Positions 1 through 8,771 of a stretch of DNA of 64,000 bases are shown one piece after another; position 1 is the first letter of the stretch, and each line of letters opens with the position of its first letter. Source of the stretch: Smithellaceae bacterium (lineage in GTDB: Bacteria; Desulfobacterota; Syntrophia; Syntrophales; Smithellaceae). Both the position numbers and the translations under genes were made by a program. The notes beneath the pieces are model-generated. The model saw only the letters and a list, made by a program, of their open reading frames with translations, was not told the origin of the DNA and searched no databases. The DNA lies in NCBI GenBank assembly GCA_963667845.2, contig CAXXVL010000002.1, forward strand, positions 2,752,001 to 2,816,000, written 5' to 3'.

Positions 1-2
1 AC

Positions 3-947
3 AAAGAGCACCGGTTTGTTTATCGTCCGGTCGCGGACATTAAGGCTGATATCGATGCGGTAAAAATGATGGTGAACGAAATCGAGGAGGTTTCCAGGAA
101 AATTGGCCAAAACGGCAAAATCAACAGGGAAGTTCTCCGCGCACTTCTGGCGGTTAACCCTTATTTGAATGAAAATCACTGCTTTTCCACGGTCTTCAGC
201 TGGCTCTATTCCGGTGGAAGAACGGCTTTCTTACAGGATGCCAACAGTATGATCATGCGGCCTCATGAGTTCGTTGATGTGCTCAAATATCTGCGGGAAA
301 CGTTGAGTACCCTAACGCGGGTGACGTCATACACCCGGTCGAAGACTCTGGCTCAGAGAAGTTTGGAGGAGTTGATTGCCGTACGCGAGGCGGGGCTGGA
401 TCGGATTCACGTTGGTCTCGAAACGGGCGATGATGAAATCTTGAGCATTGTCCGTAAAGGCGTGACCAGTGCCGAGCAGATTGAAGGCGGCAAAAAGGCA
501 ATGGCAGCCGGTTTTCAGCTTTCCGAATACTGGATGCCTGATCTGGGCGGCCGGGAACGCTGGCTTCAGCATGCCGAGAATACGGCCCGGGTGCTGAATG
601 CGATCAACCCGCATTATATCCGCTCGCGTCCTTTCGTACCCCGTCAGGGGACGGAAATTTTCGAAGACTATGAGCAGGGACGCTTGCATATCTCGTCGCC
701 GCATGAGCGGCTGGAAGAGCTCCGGGTCATGATTGAACATCTGAATGTAACGTCGCGCGTCTGTTTTGATCACAACATGAACTCGTGGACCAACCGCGGC
801 GGCGGACTGCTTTTCCATATGGATTATGAAGGATACAAGTTCCCTGATGAAAAACAGCTTGTCCTGGATTTGATCTGCGAAGGGCTGTCCGTTGACGAAT
901 CCCGCCATATCGATGTCAAAGAGCTTATCGCCATGGGATCGCTGTAA
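3..947 (+). CDS. Radical SAM superfamily protein (5'-truncated by window edge)
   Basis: Frame is open from position 3 (KEHRFVYRPVADIKADID...). AFLQDAN, GLDRIHVGLETGDD and KGVT motifs fit a radical SAM barrel; the CxxxCxxC motif would lie upstream of the window. Confidence 0.75.
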   Translation, partial: KEHRFVYRPVADIKADIDAVKMMVNEIEEVSRKIGQNGKINREVLRALLAVNPYLNENHCFSTVFSWLYSGGRTAFLQDANSMIMRPHEFVDVLKYLRETLSTLTRVTSYTRSKTLAQRSLEELIAVREAGLDRIHVGLETGDDEILSIVRKGVTSAEQIEGGKKAMAAGFQLSEYWMPDLGGRERWLQHAENTARVLNAINPHYIRSRPFVPRQGTEIFEDYEQGRLHISSPHERLEELRVMIEHLNVTSRVCFDHNMNSWTNRGGGLLFHMDYEGYKFPDEKQLVLDLICEGLSVDESRHIDVKELIAMGSL

Positions 948-950
948 TAA

Positions 951-984
951 GCGGCAACGGAGAAACTCTTTTTTTCCGTGCCGC
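951..984 (+). terminator. Terminator-like hairpin after radical SAM gene
   Basis: GCGGCAACGGA...TCCGTGCCGC imperfect inverted repeat right after the stop; weak U-tract. Confidence 0.4.
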
Positions 985-1260
985 CTTTGCGATTTATCCC
1001 GCCGGCTATCGCGCTCTTTGGCAAAAATTTTTAAAATATAAACAAAGTAATGTGTTGTTATTTTGCATCGGGGTCAACGGATATGCAAAAAATTTCCTGA
1101 TTTCCTGTCCAAAGGTTATTGATTCCTGATCGGTTTCATATTAGACTGTCCCACCATTCAAAAAAGAATATAACAAAAAACGAACAAATGAATTTTTGCG
1201 TCGTCTTTGCCGAAATTTAGCTGATTATTCAAAATCCGATATGCTTCGAAGGAGCGAAAC

Positions 1261-2676
1261 ATGAAGACAATGAAACTCAAGGCTAAACTGTTGTGGATAT
1301 TTGTTATAATGACAATCACATTCTTCGTCATTGGTTTGGTAACCCTTTTGACCGTTCAAGACAAAGTGATCGCCACAGCGCATGAAAAGCTCGAAGGAGA
1401 CCTGGCGATGGTCAAGGTCTATGTTGAAGATAAGTATCCCGGCAAGTGGTCTGTCCAGGATGGTAAACTTTTTAAAGGCGACACTTTGCTGAACAATAAT
1501 TTTGCCCTGGTGGATAAGATCGGGAGCAGCACCGGAGATAATGTCACAGTGTTCATGGGGGACACAAGAATCACGACCACTGTGAAAAACGGCGCCGGGG
1601 TCAGAGCAACAGGGACCAAAGCTGCGGATAATGTGGTTGACGCGGTTTTAAAGGGCGGAAAGAAATACATCGGCAAAGCGAAGGTTGTCGATGTCTGGAA
1701 TCAGACAGCTTATGAACCGATCAGGAATGAAAAAGGCGATGTGATCGGTATGCTGTTTGTCGGAATTCCCAACACCCATTATGATAAAGTGGTCATGGCG
1801 ATATCCGTCAGAATCATGATTTTCGGAGCGATCGGGTTTGTCATCGTTTTTCTCCTTGGATATTTTATCTATACATCCGTCGTCACTCCTGTTGTCCAAG
1901 TTATTTCCGGACTCACGGAAAGCGCCGTGCAGGTATCGGATGTCTCCGAAGAAGTGCTGCAGGCGGCAAGCCAGGTGGCTGAAGGTTCCAGTTCGCAGGC
2001 ATCCTCTGTGGAAGAAACGTCCGCTTCGCTCGAAGAGCTGGCGGCGATGACCACTCAAAATGCGGAGAATGCCTCTCAAGCCAAATCCATGATGCAGGAA
2101 TCGTCGCGGATCATTGACAGGGTGAACCATCATATGGAGGATATGGCGAAAGCGATTGGCGCAATCACGAAATCCTCCGAGCAAACGGGGAAGATCATCA
2201 AAATAATCGATGAAATTGCCTTTCAGACCAATCTGCTGGCGCTGAATGCCGCAGTGGAAGCGGCACGGGCAGGCGAGGCCGGGGCCGGATTTGCCGTGGT
2301 GGCGGATGAAGTGCGCAATCTGGCTATGCGCTCGGCCCAGGCTGCGAAAAACACGAGTGAGCTGATTGAAAATACAATTCTCGCGGTCAGGAACGGCAGC
2401 CAATTGACCAGTTCGACGCAGGACGCTTTCAAGGACAACATAGCGTTTTCCAAAAAAATCAGTGAACTGGTTGAGGAAATCGCAGCTGCATCCAAGGAGC
2501 AGGCCGAAGGGATCCAGAATATTGCCAAGGCCATTGCCGACATTGATAAAGTCACACAATCGTCAGCAGTTTACGCCGAACAATCTTCGGGAGCGGCGGA
2601 TAAGATGAACCGGGAAGTGGAAAATCTTAATAAACATGTCCGCTCACTTTCGAACGTGGTGGGCAGCGCCGCATAG
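1261..2676 (+). CDS. Methyl-accepting chemotaxis protein with periplasmic single-Cache sensor
   Basis: Two TM helices flank a Cache-like region ([25 protein letters not shown]); signalling hairpin [43 protein letters not shown]. Confidence 0.93.
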   Translation: MKTMKLKAKLLWIFVIMTITFFVIGLVTLLTVQDKVIATAHEKLEGDLAMVKVYVEDKYPGKWSVQDGKLFKGDTLLNNNFALVDKIGSSTGDNVTVFMGDTRITTTVKNGAGVRATGTKAADNVVDAVLKGGKKYIGKAKVVDVWNQTAYEPIRNEKGDVIGMLFVGIPNTHYDKVVMAISVRIMIFGAIGFVIVFLLGYFIYTSVVTPVVQVISGLTESAVQVSDVSEEVLQAASQVAEGSSSQASSVEETSASLEELAAMTTQNAENASQAKSMMQESSRIIDRVNHHMEDMAKAIGAITKSSEQTGKIIKIIDEIAFQTNLLALNAAVEAARAGEAGAGFAVVADEVRNLAMRSAQAAKNTSELIENTILAVRNGSQLTSSTQDAFKDNIAFSKKISELVEEIAAASKEQAEGIQNIAKAIADIDKVTQSSAVYAEQSSGAADKMNREVENLNKHVRSLSNVVGSAA

Positions 2677-2710
2677 TCTCAATGTCCCATGTGGCGTTAA
2701 TGGAAAACGG

Positions 2711-2748
2711 GGGCAAATGCAACTAGAGCGGGCAAATGCAACTGGAGC
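2711..2748. repeat. 19-bp tandem repeat, 2 copies, 1 mismatch
   Basis: GGGCAAATGCAACTAGAGC / GGGCAAATGCAACTGGAGC between convergent mcp and hydE. Confidence 0.8.
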
Positions 2749-2809
2749 CACATAACCATGGAAATTCGGAAGCAAGGATCCCGCATGCCTGTCGCCGGAG
2801 AACAAAATG

Positions 2810-3877
2810 TCAATGAAGAATGCTTCGATCTGACTTTACGGGACGATTGCCCACTGAGAAATTCAGCGTCCGGCCTATGGAATGAAAATCCTTTTCCAGA
2901 AGACTGATGATGTCTTGCGCCGGCGCAACGTCTTTCCTTCCCGGGTAAATGTCATACCGGCTTTTGTAAATCTCCGGTGTGAAATCAGGCATTACGACAT
3001 TGGCGCCGGCCTGGAGAGCCTGCAGGCGCGCCTGGGGATGCAGTGTGGCGAGGGCCGTTGTCGCCGGAATGTTCGTATCGCGTGTCAAAAGCCTCGCGAC
3101 CGCCAACACGCGCAGCGTCAGATCGAGATCGTCAAAAACGATTCCGGCCAGAGGCGTTTCGGGGTGGGCGATGAAGGGACCGATACCCAGCATATCCGCA
3201 TCCAGCAGTTTCATCACCATGAGGTCGTCCGCCAGGATTTCCAATGTCTGCCCCGGCAGACCCACAATGTTTCCCGTTCCGGTTTCAAATCCGAGATGGG
3301 CGAGCGTTTTCAGACACTGAACTCGATAGTCCAATTGACACCCCGGGCGCAGATACTTGTAAAGGTCCAACGACGCCGTTTCATGTTTAAGCAGATAGCG
3401 ACTGGCGCCGGCCTGCCGGAATGCCCGGTAATCAGTGATAGGTCGCTCGCCGATGGAGAGCGTGATGATCAGTCCTGTTTCGCCATTGATCCGTTCCACC
3501 AGACGGCAGACTTTGTCCGCGGAATAGAAAGAATCCTCTCCGGATTGCAGGACGACCGTAGGGATGCCGGTTTTTTCGATTTGCTTTGCGGCGGCGAGAA
3601 TCTCATCATCGGTCATCCTGTAGCGGCTGAGGCTTTCGTTGCTTTTACGCAGGCCACAGTAAAGGCAGTTACGTTCGCAGATATTGGAAAACTCGATGAT
3701 GCCGCGCAGGAATATTTCGTCGCTGACTTCATTTTTCCGGACACGGTCGGCGGCGGCAAAAAGTTCCGCTGAACAGTCGGGGGAGAGCTTGAGAAGAGCG
3801 ATGACGTCCTCGCGGCGGAGTGTCTTGCCGATTTCGGCTCTGGTGATCAGGTCTTCACTTAGGCTAGATATAGACAT
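2810..3877 (-). CDS. hydE: [FeFe]-hydrogenase maturase HydE (radical SAM)
   Basis: RGIIEFSNICERNCLYCGLR, TVVLQSGED, GIGPFIAHPETPL, GANVVMP, YDIYPG; follows hydG. Confidence 0.93.
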   Translation of the reverse strand: MSISSLSEDLITRAEIGKTLRREDVIALLKLSPDCSAELFAAADRVRKNEVSDEIFLRGIIEFSNICERNCLYCGLRKSNESLSRYRMTDDEILAAAKQIEKTGIPTVVLQSGEDSFYSADKVCRLVERINGETGLIITLSIGERPITDYRAFRQAGASRYLLKHETASLDLYKYLRPGCQLDYRVQCLKTLAHLGFETGTGNIVGLPGQTLEILADDLMVMKLLDADMLGIGPFIAHPETPLAGIVFDDLDLTLRVLAVARLLTRDTNIPATTALATLHPQARLQALQAGANVVMPDFTPEIYKSRYDIYPGRKDVAPAQDIISLLEKDFHSIGRTLNFSVGNRPVKSDRSILH

Positions 3878-5270
3878 CGCGTTCTCCGTCGTTGATTTTT
3901 TTGAGCCGGTCGGTCACTACTTTCTTTCTTCTGGTTTTGAACGTGCTATCCAGCATTCCCTTTATCAGTTCTTCTCCCGCCTGCCGTGTCTGCGCACTCG
4001 CATAATCCAGGAGGTATTCCTTAAAGGAGAAAAGGGCATTCGTTTGGCAGAATTTCTGGATCAGTCCGGGTTTGGCCAGATCCATGAAGTCCTTGCCGGT
4101 GCGTCCCAGGCGATAACAGGCCGTGCAGAAGCTGGGGATATGGCCTCGCTCCGTAATATCCAGAATAACCTCGTCGAGGGTGCGCGTGTCGCCCAGATTG
4201 AACTGTGCGGCGCGAAACGCATCACTGCTGTCGTCCTGATAACCGCCGGGATTTGTGCGTGACCCGGCGCTGATCTGGGAAATGCCCAGGGCAAACACTT
4301 CCGAGCGCAGGGCGGGCGTTTCCCGGGTGGAAAGAATCATTCCAGTGTAGGGAACGGCCATGCGGAGGATGGCAACCAGTTTCTTAAAATCATGGTCGCT
4401 GACCGGATGCGGCGGTGCGATAGCCGCGGGCGCATTGAACGCGGGTTCCAGGCGGGGAACGGATATGGTGTGCGGTCCGACGCCGCAGTCTTTCTCGAGC
4501 TGCAGGGCATGCAAAAGCAGTCCCAGGACTTCATATTTGTAATCATAAAGCCCGAAGAGCGCTCCGATGCCCACGTCATTGATGCCGCCTTCCTGTGCGC
4601 GGTGCATCGCCGTAAGCCTCTTTACGTAATCTTTCTTGGGGCCGCTGGGGTGCATGATTTTGTAAGTCTCGTGATGGTACGTTTCCTGAAATAAGACGCA
4701 GGTGCCGATGCCCGTTTTTTTCAATTCTTTATATTCATTGACTTCGAGCGGCGCGATTTCCACATTAATCCGCCGGATCTCGCCGCCGTTTTCCGTTTTG
4801 ACGGCATAAGCCGTTTCAATGGCTTCCATGAAATATTCCAGACTGGAGCGGCTGGGATGTTCACCGCAGAGCATCAGCAGACGCTTGTGGCCTTCGCGTT
4901 CGAGAACCTGCACTTCTTTGGCGATTTGTTCCATCGTCAGGGCGACGCGGTTGAGCTCTTTGTTGTCGCGCCGGAAACCGCAGTACAGGCAGTTATTCGC
5001 GCAGAGATTGGCGACATAAAGGGGCGCAAACAAGACCAGCCGGTTGCCGTAAATATCTTCCTTGATTTTATGGGCCGTTTGCAGGATCAGTGAGACCAGT
5101 TCGTCGTCTTCCGTCTGCAAAAGGACGGCAACTTCGGGAGGCGTGAGGCCTTTGAGTTCGCGGGCTTTGTCGATAATTTCCCGAACTCTTTCATGAAGCG
5201 GGTTTTTGGATTTCTTCAGAATCGCTTCAATATTTGAATCATCAATAAAATCTTTCATCGTGGTGTTCAT
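3864..5270 (-). CDS. hydG: [FeFe]-hydrogenase maturase HydG (radical SAM tyrosine lyase)
   Basis: LFAPLYVANLCANNCLYCGF, FQETYH, HTISVPRLEPA, C-terminal PSFCTACYR..C auxiliary cluster motif. Start trimmed to ATG 5270 (alternative 5258). Confidence 0.95.
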   Translation of the reverse strand: MNTTMKDFIDDSNIEAILKKSKNPLHERVREIIDKARELKGLTPPEVAVLLQTEDDELVSLILQTAHKIKEDIYGNRLVLFAPLYVANLCANNCLYCGFRRDNKELNRVALTMEQIAKEVQVLEREGHKRLLMLCGEHPSRSSLEYFMEAIETAYAVKTENGGEIRRINVEIAPLEVNEYKELKKTGIGTCVLFQETYHHETYKIMHPSGPKKDYVKRLTAMHRAQEGGINDVGIGALFGLYDYKYEVLGLLLHALQLEKDCGVGPHTISVPRLEPAFNAPAAIAPPHPVSDHDFKKLVAILRMAVPYTGMILSTRETPALRSEVFALGISQISAGSRTNPGGYQDDSSDAFRAAQFNLGDTRTLDEVILDITERGHIPSFCTACYRLGRTGKDFMDLAKPGLIQKFCQTNALFSFKEYLLDYASAQTRQAGEELIKGMLDSTFKTRRKKVVTDRLKKINDGERDVYI

Positions 5271-5281
5271 CCTTTGTATTT

Positions 5282-5530
5282 TTACACCTTTGTCAGAGAC
5301 GCTTTCACCGAAACGCCCGGTAGCGCGCCGAGTTTTCCGGTAAGCGCGCCGATGGTGTCCGTGGAAGCGTGGACGATGAGGGCAATGATGTGCAGATTTG
5401 CGGGCGCATAGGGAAGTCCCATGCGGCCGATGATCATGTCGCCGAAGTCGCAAAGGATCTGGTTGATCTTCTGCGCCTGGCGGGCGCGATCGGTGATGAT
5501 AATGGTGACGGTGCCGATGCGTTTATCCAT
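5282..5530 (-). CDS. TM1266-family iron-only hydrogenase system putative regulator
   Basis: MDKRIGTVTIII...IIGRMGLPY...IGALTGKLGALPGVSVK; directly upstream of hydG; GAGGGG RBS. Confidence 0.88.
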   Translation of the reverse strand: MDKRIGTVTIIITDRARQAQKINQILCDFGDMIIGRMGLPYAPANLHIIALIVHASTDTIGALTGKLGALPGVSVKASLTKV

Positions 5531-5629
5531 TTTTCCCCTCAAAACCCACGGGCGTTCCGCCCTCCGCTGTGCGGGATAGTTCGCTCTACAAGTTTCAGCG
5601 CGCTGCGCTTCTGAAACTTGAGGCTCATT

Positions 5630-5664
5630 AAAAAAGGTTTGATCCCCGGAAGAATCAAACCTTT
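5630..5664 (-). terminator. Intrinsic terminator inside the TM1266-hydG-hydE leader
   Basis: AAAGGUUUGAU-ucuuccgggg-AUCAAACCUUU followed by a U-run on the minus strand. Confidence 0.8.
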
Positions 5665-5735
5665 GTAGAACGAAAGACTTAAACTTCCCTCAAGATCAGA
5701 AATTTCCTCCCTCTCAGGCGCGACTAATTGTCTTT
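5630..5735 (-). ncRNA. Candidate cis-regulatory leader RNA (attenuator/riboswitch-like)
   Basis: Closing stem AAAGAC/GUCUUU around a GAAA-capped hairpin, then an intrinsic terminator upstream of the first CDS; alternative antiterminator pairing is possible. Confidence 0.5.
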
Positions 5736-5737
5736 AC

Positions 5738-5765
5738 AGTATCTTCATTGCAGCGGGTTTGTCAA
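5738..5765 (-). promoter_or_regulatory. Putative sigma70 promoter for the TM1266-hydG-hydE leader
   Basis: TTGACA-16 nt-GATACT on the minus strand. Confidence 0.5.
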
Positions 5766-5807
5766 CGAAGATTTTACGTCGATCTTAAAATAGGCCTTGA
5801 CCAGCCG

Positions 5808-5834
5808 GTAGTATGTTTTATATTATCGTAACAC
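5808..5834. promoter_or_regulatory. Putative NikR operator overlapping the nikR promoter
   Basis: GTAGTA-N15-TAACAC resembles the deltaproteobacterial NikR motif GTGTTA-N15-TAACAC; TTGACC -35 at 5797-5802. Confidence 0.6.
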
Positions 5835-5857
5835 GTCTCATCCTGGGAGAAATGATT

Positions 5858-6274
5858 ATGTCAAAGCTTGTGCGGTTCGGCGTGTCCCTGGAAGAAGATC
5901 TGCTGGTCAAGTTCGACCGGCTGATCAGGCAAAAGAAATACACGAACCGCTCGGAAGCGATTCGTGACCTGATTCGCGATGAATTGGTGAAGAAGGAATG
6001 GACGGAAAACAAAGAAGTAACCGGGGCCATTACACTGGTTTACGATCACCACACCCGGGAGCTGGTCACCAAAGTACTCGATATCCAGCATGACTATCAC
6101 GCGTGCATTCTATCCACGCAGCATATTCACCTGGACCATCATAATTGCTTCGAAATCATTGTGACCCAGGGGAAATCCAAGGAAATCGAATCGCTCTATC
6201 AGAAGCTCAAGTCCCTCAGGAGCGTGAAGCACGCTGGCTTCATGATGGCGACCAAAGGAAAGGATTTGGCCTGA
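5858..6274 (+). CDS. nikR: Nickel-responsive regulator NikR
   Basis: RFGVSL ribbon-helix-helix, YTNRSEAIRDLIR, YDHH, QHIHLDHHNCFE Ni site. Confidence 0.96.
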   Translation: MSKLVRFGVSLEEDLLVKFDRLIRQKKYTNRSEAIRDLIRDELVKKEWTENKEVTGAITLVYDHHTRELVTKVLDIQHDYHACILSTQHIHLDHHNCFEIIVTQGKSKEIESLYQKLKSLRSVKHAGFMMATKGKDLA

Positions 6275-6294
6275 TGTTTGCGAGGCCCTAACCG

Positions 6295-6945
6295 ATGCAT
6301 ATTCCCGATGGATTATTGGCCGCAAACACACTGGCGCCCGCCTGGGCCTTATCGGCGGCGTCGCTTGCCTATGCGGTAAGGAAAACAACTGAAAAACTTA
6401 AAGAGAGAATGGTTCCTCTGATGGGGATTACGTCGGCCTTTATTTTTGCCGTGCAGATGATCAACTTTCCGGTGGCGGGCGGCACTTCGGGGCACCTGTT
6501 TGGCGGTGTGCTGGCCGCGGTGATTCTGGGGCCTTATGCCGGAGCAATCGTCCTCACGTGCGTGCTCATTTTTCAATGCCTGGTGTTTCAGGACGGGGGT
6601 CTTCTGGCGCTGGGTGCGAATATCTTAAATATCGCCATTGTCGGAACACTGGGTGGGTATCTGACTTTTTTCGTCACGAGCCGGGTGATCGGCGGAAGAA
6701 AAGGATTTTTCGCAGGTGCGGCGATTGCCGCCTGGTTCTCGGTCGTCTTGGCCGCGACTCTTTGCGCTCTTGAGCTTGCGCTCTCCGACATCTCCCCTCT
6801 GCGGCTCGTCCTTCCGGCCCTGGCCGGGATCCATGCCCTTATCGGCATTGGGGAGGCCCTCATTACAATGGCCGCTCTGGGTTTTATTTTGAAAGTCAGG
6901 CCTGATTTGATTTACGGATGGGAAGGAAACGATCAATTGAAATGA
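6295..6945 (+). CDS. nikM: ECF Ni/Co transporter S component (NikM/CbiM)
   Basis: N-terminal MHIPDG, GTSGH, FQDGGLLALGAN; downstream of nikR. Confidence 0.92.
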   Translation: MHIPDGLLAANTLAPAWALSAASLAYAVRKTTEKLKERMVPLMGITSAFIFAVQMINFPVAGGTSGHLFGGVLAAVILGPYAGAIVLTCVLIFQCLVFQDGGLLALGANILNIAIVGTLGGYLTFFVTSRVIGGRKGFFAGAAIAAWFSVVLAATLCALELALSDISPLRLVLPALAGIHALIGIGEALITMAALGFILKVRPDLIYGWEGNDQLK

Positions 6946-7244
6946 GACGAAGAGAAATCATTTTAGGGGTGTTGATCGCTGTTTTCGTAGCCGTCCTTTT
7001 GTCGCCGCTTGCTTCATCCCGGCCGGACGGTTTGGAGCGTGTTGTCCGCAAGCTCGGTTTCACCGGAAACGGGGAATCCGCGTTTGTCGTTCCTGCGCCG
7101 ATTTCGGATTATCTGTTTCCGGGCATGAAAGATGAATTTCCGGCCGCGGCCGCAGCGGGTCTGATCGGGACCCTCTTGATGTTCGGCATCGGGTGCCTCG
7201 CGGCAGCGGCGCTGAAAAGACGGAAAGGGGATCCCGGCGAATGA
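6942..7244 (+). CDS. nikN: PDGLE-domain ECF accessory component (NikN-like)
   Basis: SPLASSRPDGLE motif, two TM helices; ATG overlaps the nikM stop. Confidence 0.85.
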   Translation: MRRREIILGVLIAVFVAVLLSPLASSRPDGLERVVRKLGFTGNGESAFVVPAPISDYLFPGMKDEFPAAAAAGLIGTLLMFGIGCLAAAALKRRKGDPGE

Positions 7245-8023
7245 ACCATTCCTTTCTCGACTGCCACAGCGATATTGACAGCTTGTTGAGCCGTCTGGAT
7301 CCCCGTGTCAAGATCGTCTGCTTTCTCAGCTTTCTCATCCTTATCGGGCTTGCGAAGCCCGGCTGTTCATGGTGCTTCGTTTTCTATGCATTATGGATTG
7401 CCGTACTGACCGGTGTGTCCAGAATTCCTCTAACCTATTTTGTGAAGCGGACTTTGGTGGTGCTGCCCTTCATTCTGTTCACATCGCTGTTCGTGCTGCT
7501 TGCCAAACCGGGCAATCCGGTATTCCAGTATCAAATGGGTCTTTTGCAGATCAGTATCAGTCAGGCGGGATGGATTTTATTTCAAAGCGTCATGATTAAA
7601 GGCCTGCTGTGTGTTCTTTGCCTGGTTTTGCTTACAGCAACCACGCCTTTTCCTCAATTATTGGCCGCGCTGGAGAGCCTGAAGATTCCGAGACTGATTA
7701 CGATGATTCTGTCGTTTATGTATCGCTATATTTTCCTGATTGAAGATGAGGCGATGAAAATATGGCGGGCCATGAAGTCGCGGCACGCGGATGGACCGCG
7801 TATCGTGCTTCTCAGGGCTCTTGCCAACATGATCGGCATTTTGTTTATCCGTTCGTTTGAACGGGGCGAAACCGTTTATCTGGCCATGTGCTCGCGCGGC
7901 TTTGACGGGACGATGCGGCGCCGGTATTCGTTTGCAATCAAAAGGCGCGATTGGGTTTTTCTGCTCAATTTCGCCGCTGTTTTAATCGGCATTCAACTTT
8001 TGGACAATTTCCTTGGAAAATAG
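7241..8023 (+). CDS. nikQ: ECF transporter T component (NikQ/CbiQ)
   Basis: LDPRVK, FMYRYIF, AMKSR, RSFERGETVYLAMCSRGF. Confidence 0.92.
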   Translation: MNHSFLDCHSDIDSLLSRLDPRVKIVCFLSFLILIGLAKPGCSWCFVFYALWIAVLTGVSRIPLTYFVKRTLVVLPFILFTSLFVLLAKPGNPVFQYQMGLLQISISQAGWILFQSVMIKGLLCVLCLVLLTATTPFPQLLAALESLKIPRLITMILSFMYRYIFLIEDEAMKIWRAMKSRHADGPRIVLLRALANMIGILFIRSFERGETVYLAMCSRGFDGTMRRRYSFAIKRRDWVFLLNFAAVLIGIQLLDNFLGK

Positions 8024-8705
8024 CATCGTTAAGATTGAAGGTTTGAATTACGCCTATCCCGATGGCACGAGGGCGCTTGAGGACATTCATCTCGATATCG
8101 GGGAAGGCGAATCACTGGGCATTATTGGTTCCAACGGAGCGGGCAAATCCACGTTATTATTTCATTTCAACGGCATATTGCAGGGGCAGGGAAGCATTAC
8201 CGTCTGCGGGCTCAAGATGACGGACCGGAATATTGCCGTGATCCGGCAAAAAGTCGGACTGATTTTCCAGGACCCGGACAGCCAGCTTTTCATGCCGACG
8301 GTGTATGAGGATGTCGGCTTCGGACCCATCAACATGAAGATGAACAAAAAGGAAGTGGACGATGCCGTCCGCAAGGCGCTTCACGACGTGGATATGCTCT
8401 CCCGGATATCACGCTCTTCGCATCACTTAAGCGTGGGAGAGAAGAAAAGAATCGCCATTGCCACTGTTCTCTCCATGAACCCGCAAGTCCTGGCGATGGA
8501 CGAACCGACGAGCAACCTCGATCCGCGCCACCGGCGTGAACTCATTAAATTGCTGAACAGCCTGGAAATGACGAAGGTCATTGCTTCCCACGATTTTGAA
8601 CTGATTGAACAGACCTGCTCGCGTGTGCTGCTGATGGAGAGCGGCAAAATCACCGGGGGCGGTACGTGCACCGCCTTCCTGCCCGAAGCGGCATTGCGCT
8701 GTTAG
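8013..8705 (+). CDS. nikO: ECF transporter ATPase (NikO/CbiO)
   Basis: GSNGAGKST Walker A, FQDPDSQLF, LSVGEKKR, MDEP; TTG start. Confidence 0.92.
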   Translation: MENSIVKIEGLNYAYPDGTRALEDIHLDIGEGESLGIIGSNGAGKSTLLFHFNGILQGQGSITVCGLKMTDRNIAVIRQKVGLIFQDPDSQLFMPTVYEDVGFGPINMKMNKKEVDDAVRKALHDVDMLSRISRSSHHLSVGEKKRIAIATVLSMNPQVLAMDEPTSNLDPRHRRELIKLLNSLEMTKVIASHDFELIEQTCSRVLLMESGKITGGGTCTAFLPEAALRC

Positions 8706-8771
8706 CCCCGGTTCACCCCCGCCGATCACGATATCCCCGTTATGCATCTGCGATGATCCCGGGCACGTCCG

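Noticed and set aside
5271..5453. N-terminal extension of HydG in the ORF track
   Set aside because: Overlaps the TM1266 gene in another frame; HydG-like sequence begins near 5270.
5685..5720. Canonical TPP, glycine or PyrR-site call for the leader
   Set aside because: Only short words match (CUGAGA/CUGAUC/AGGGAA; CTCTCAGG on the other strand; CCUGAGAGG). Required stems are missing, so it is kept as an unclassified candidate.
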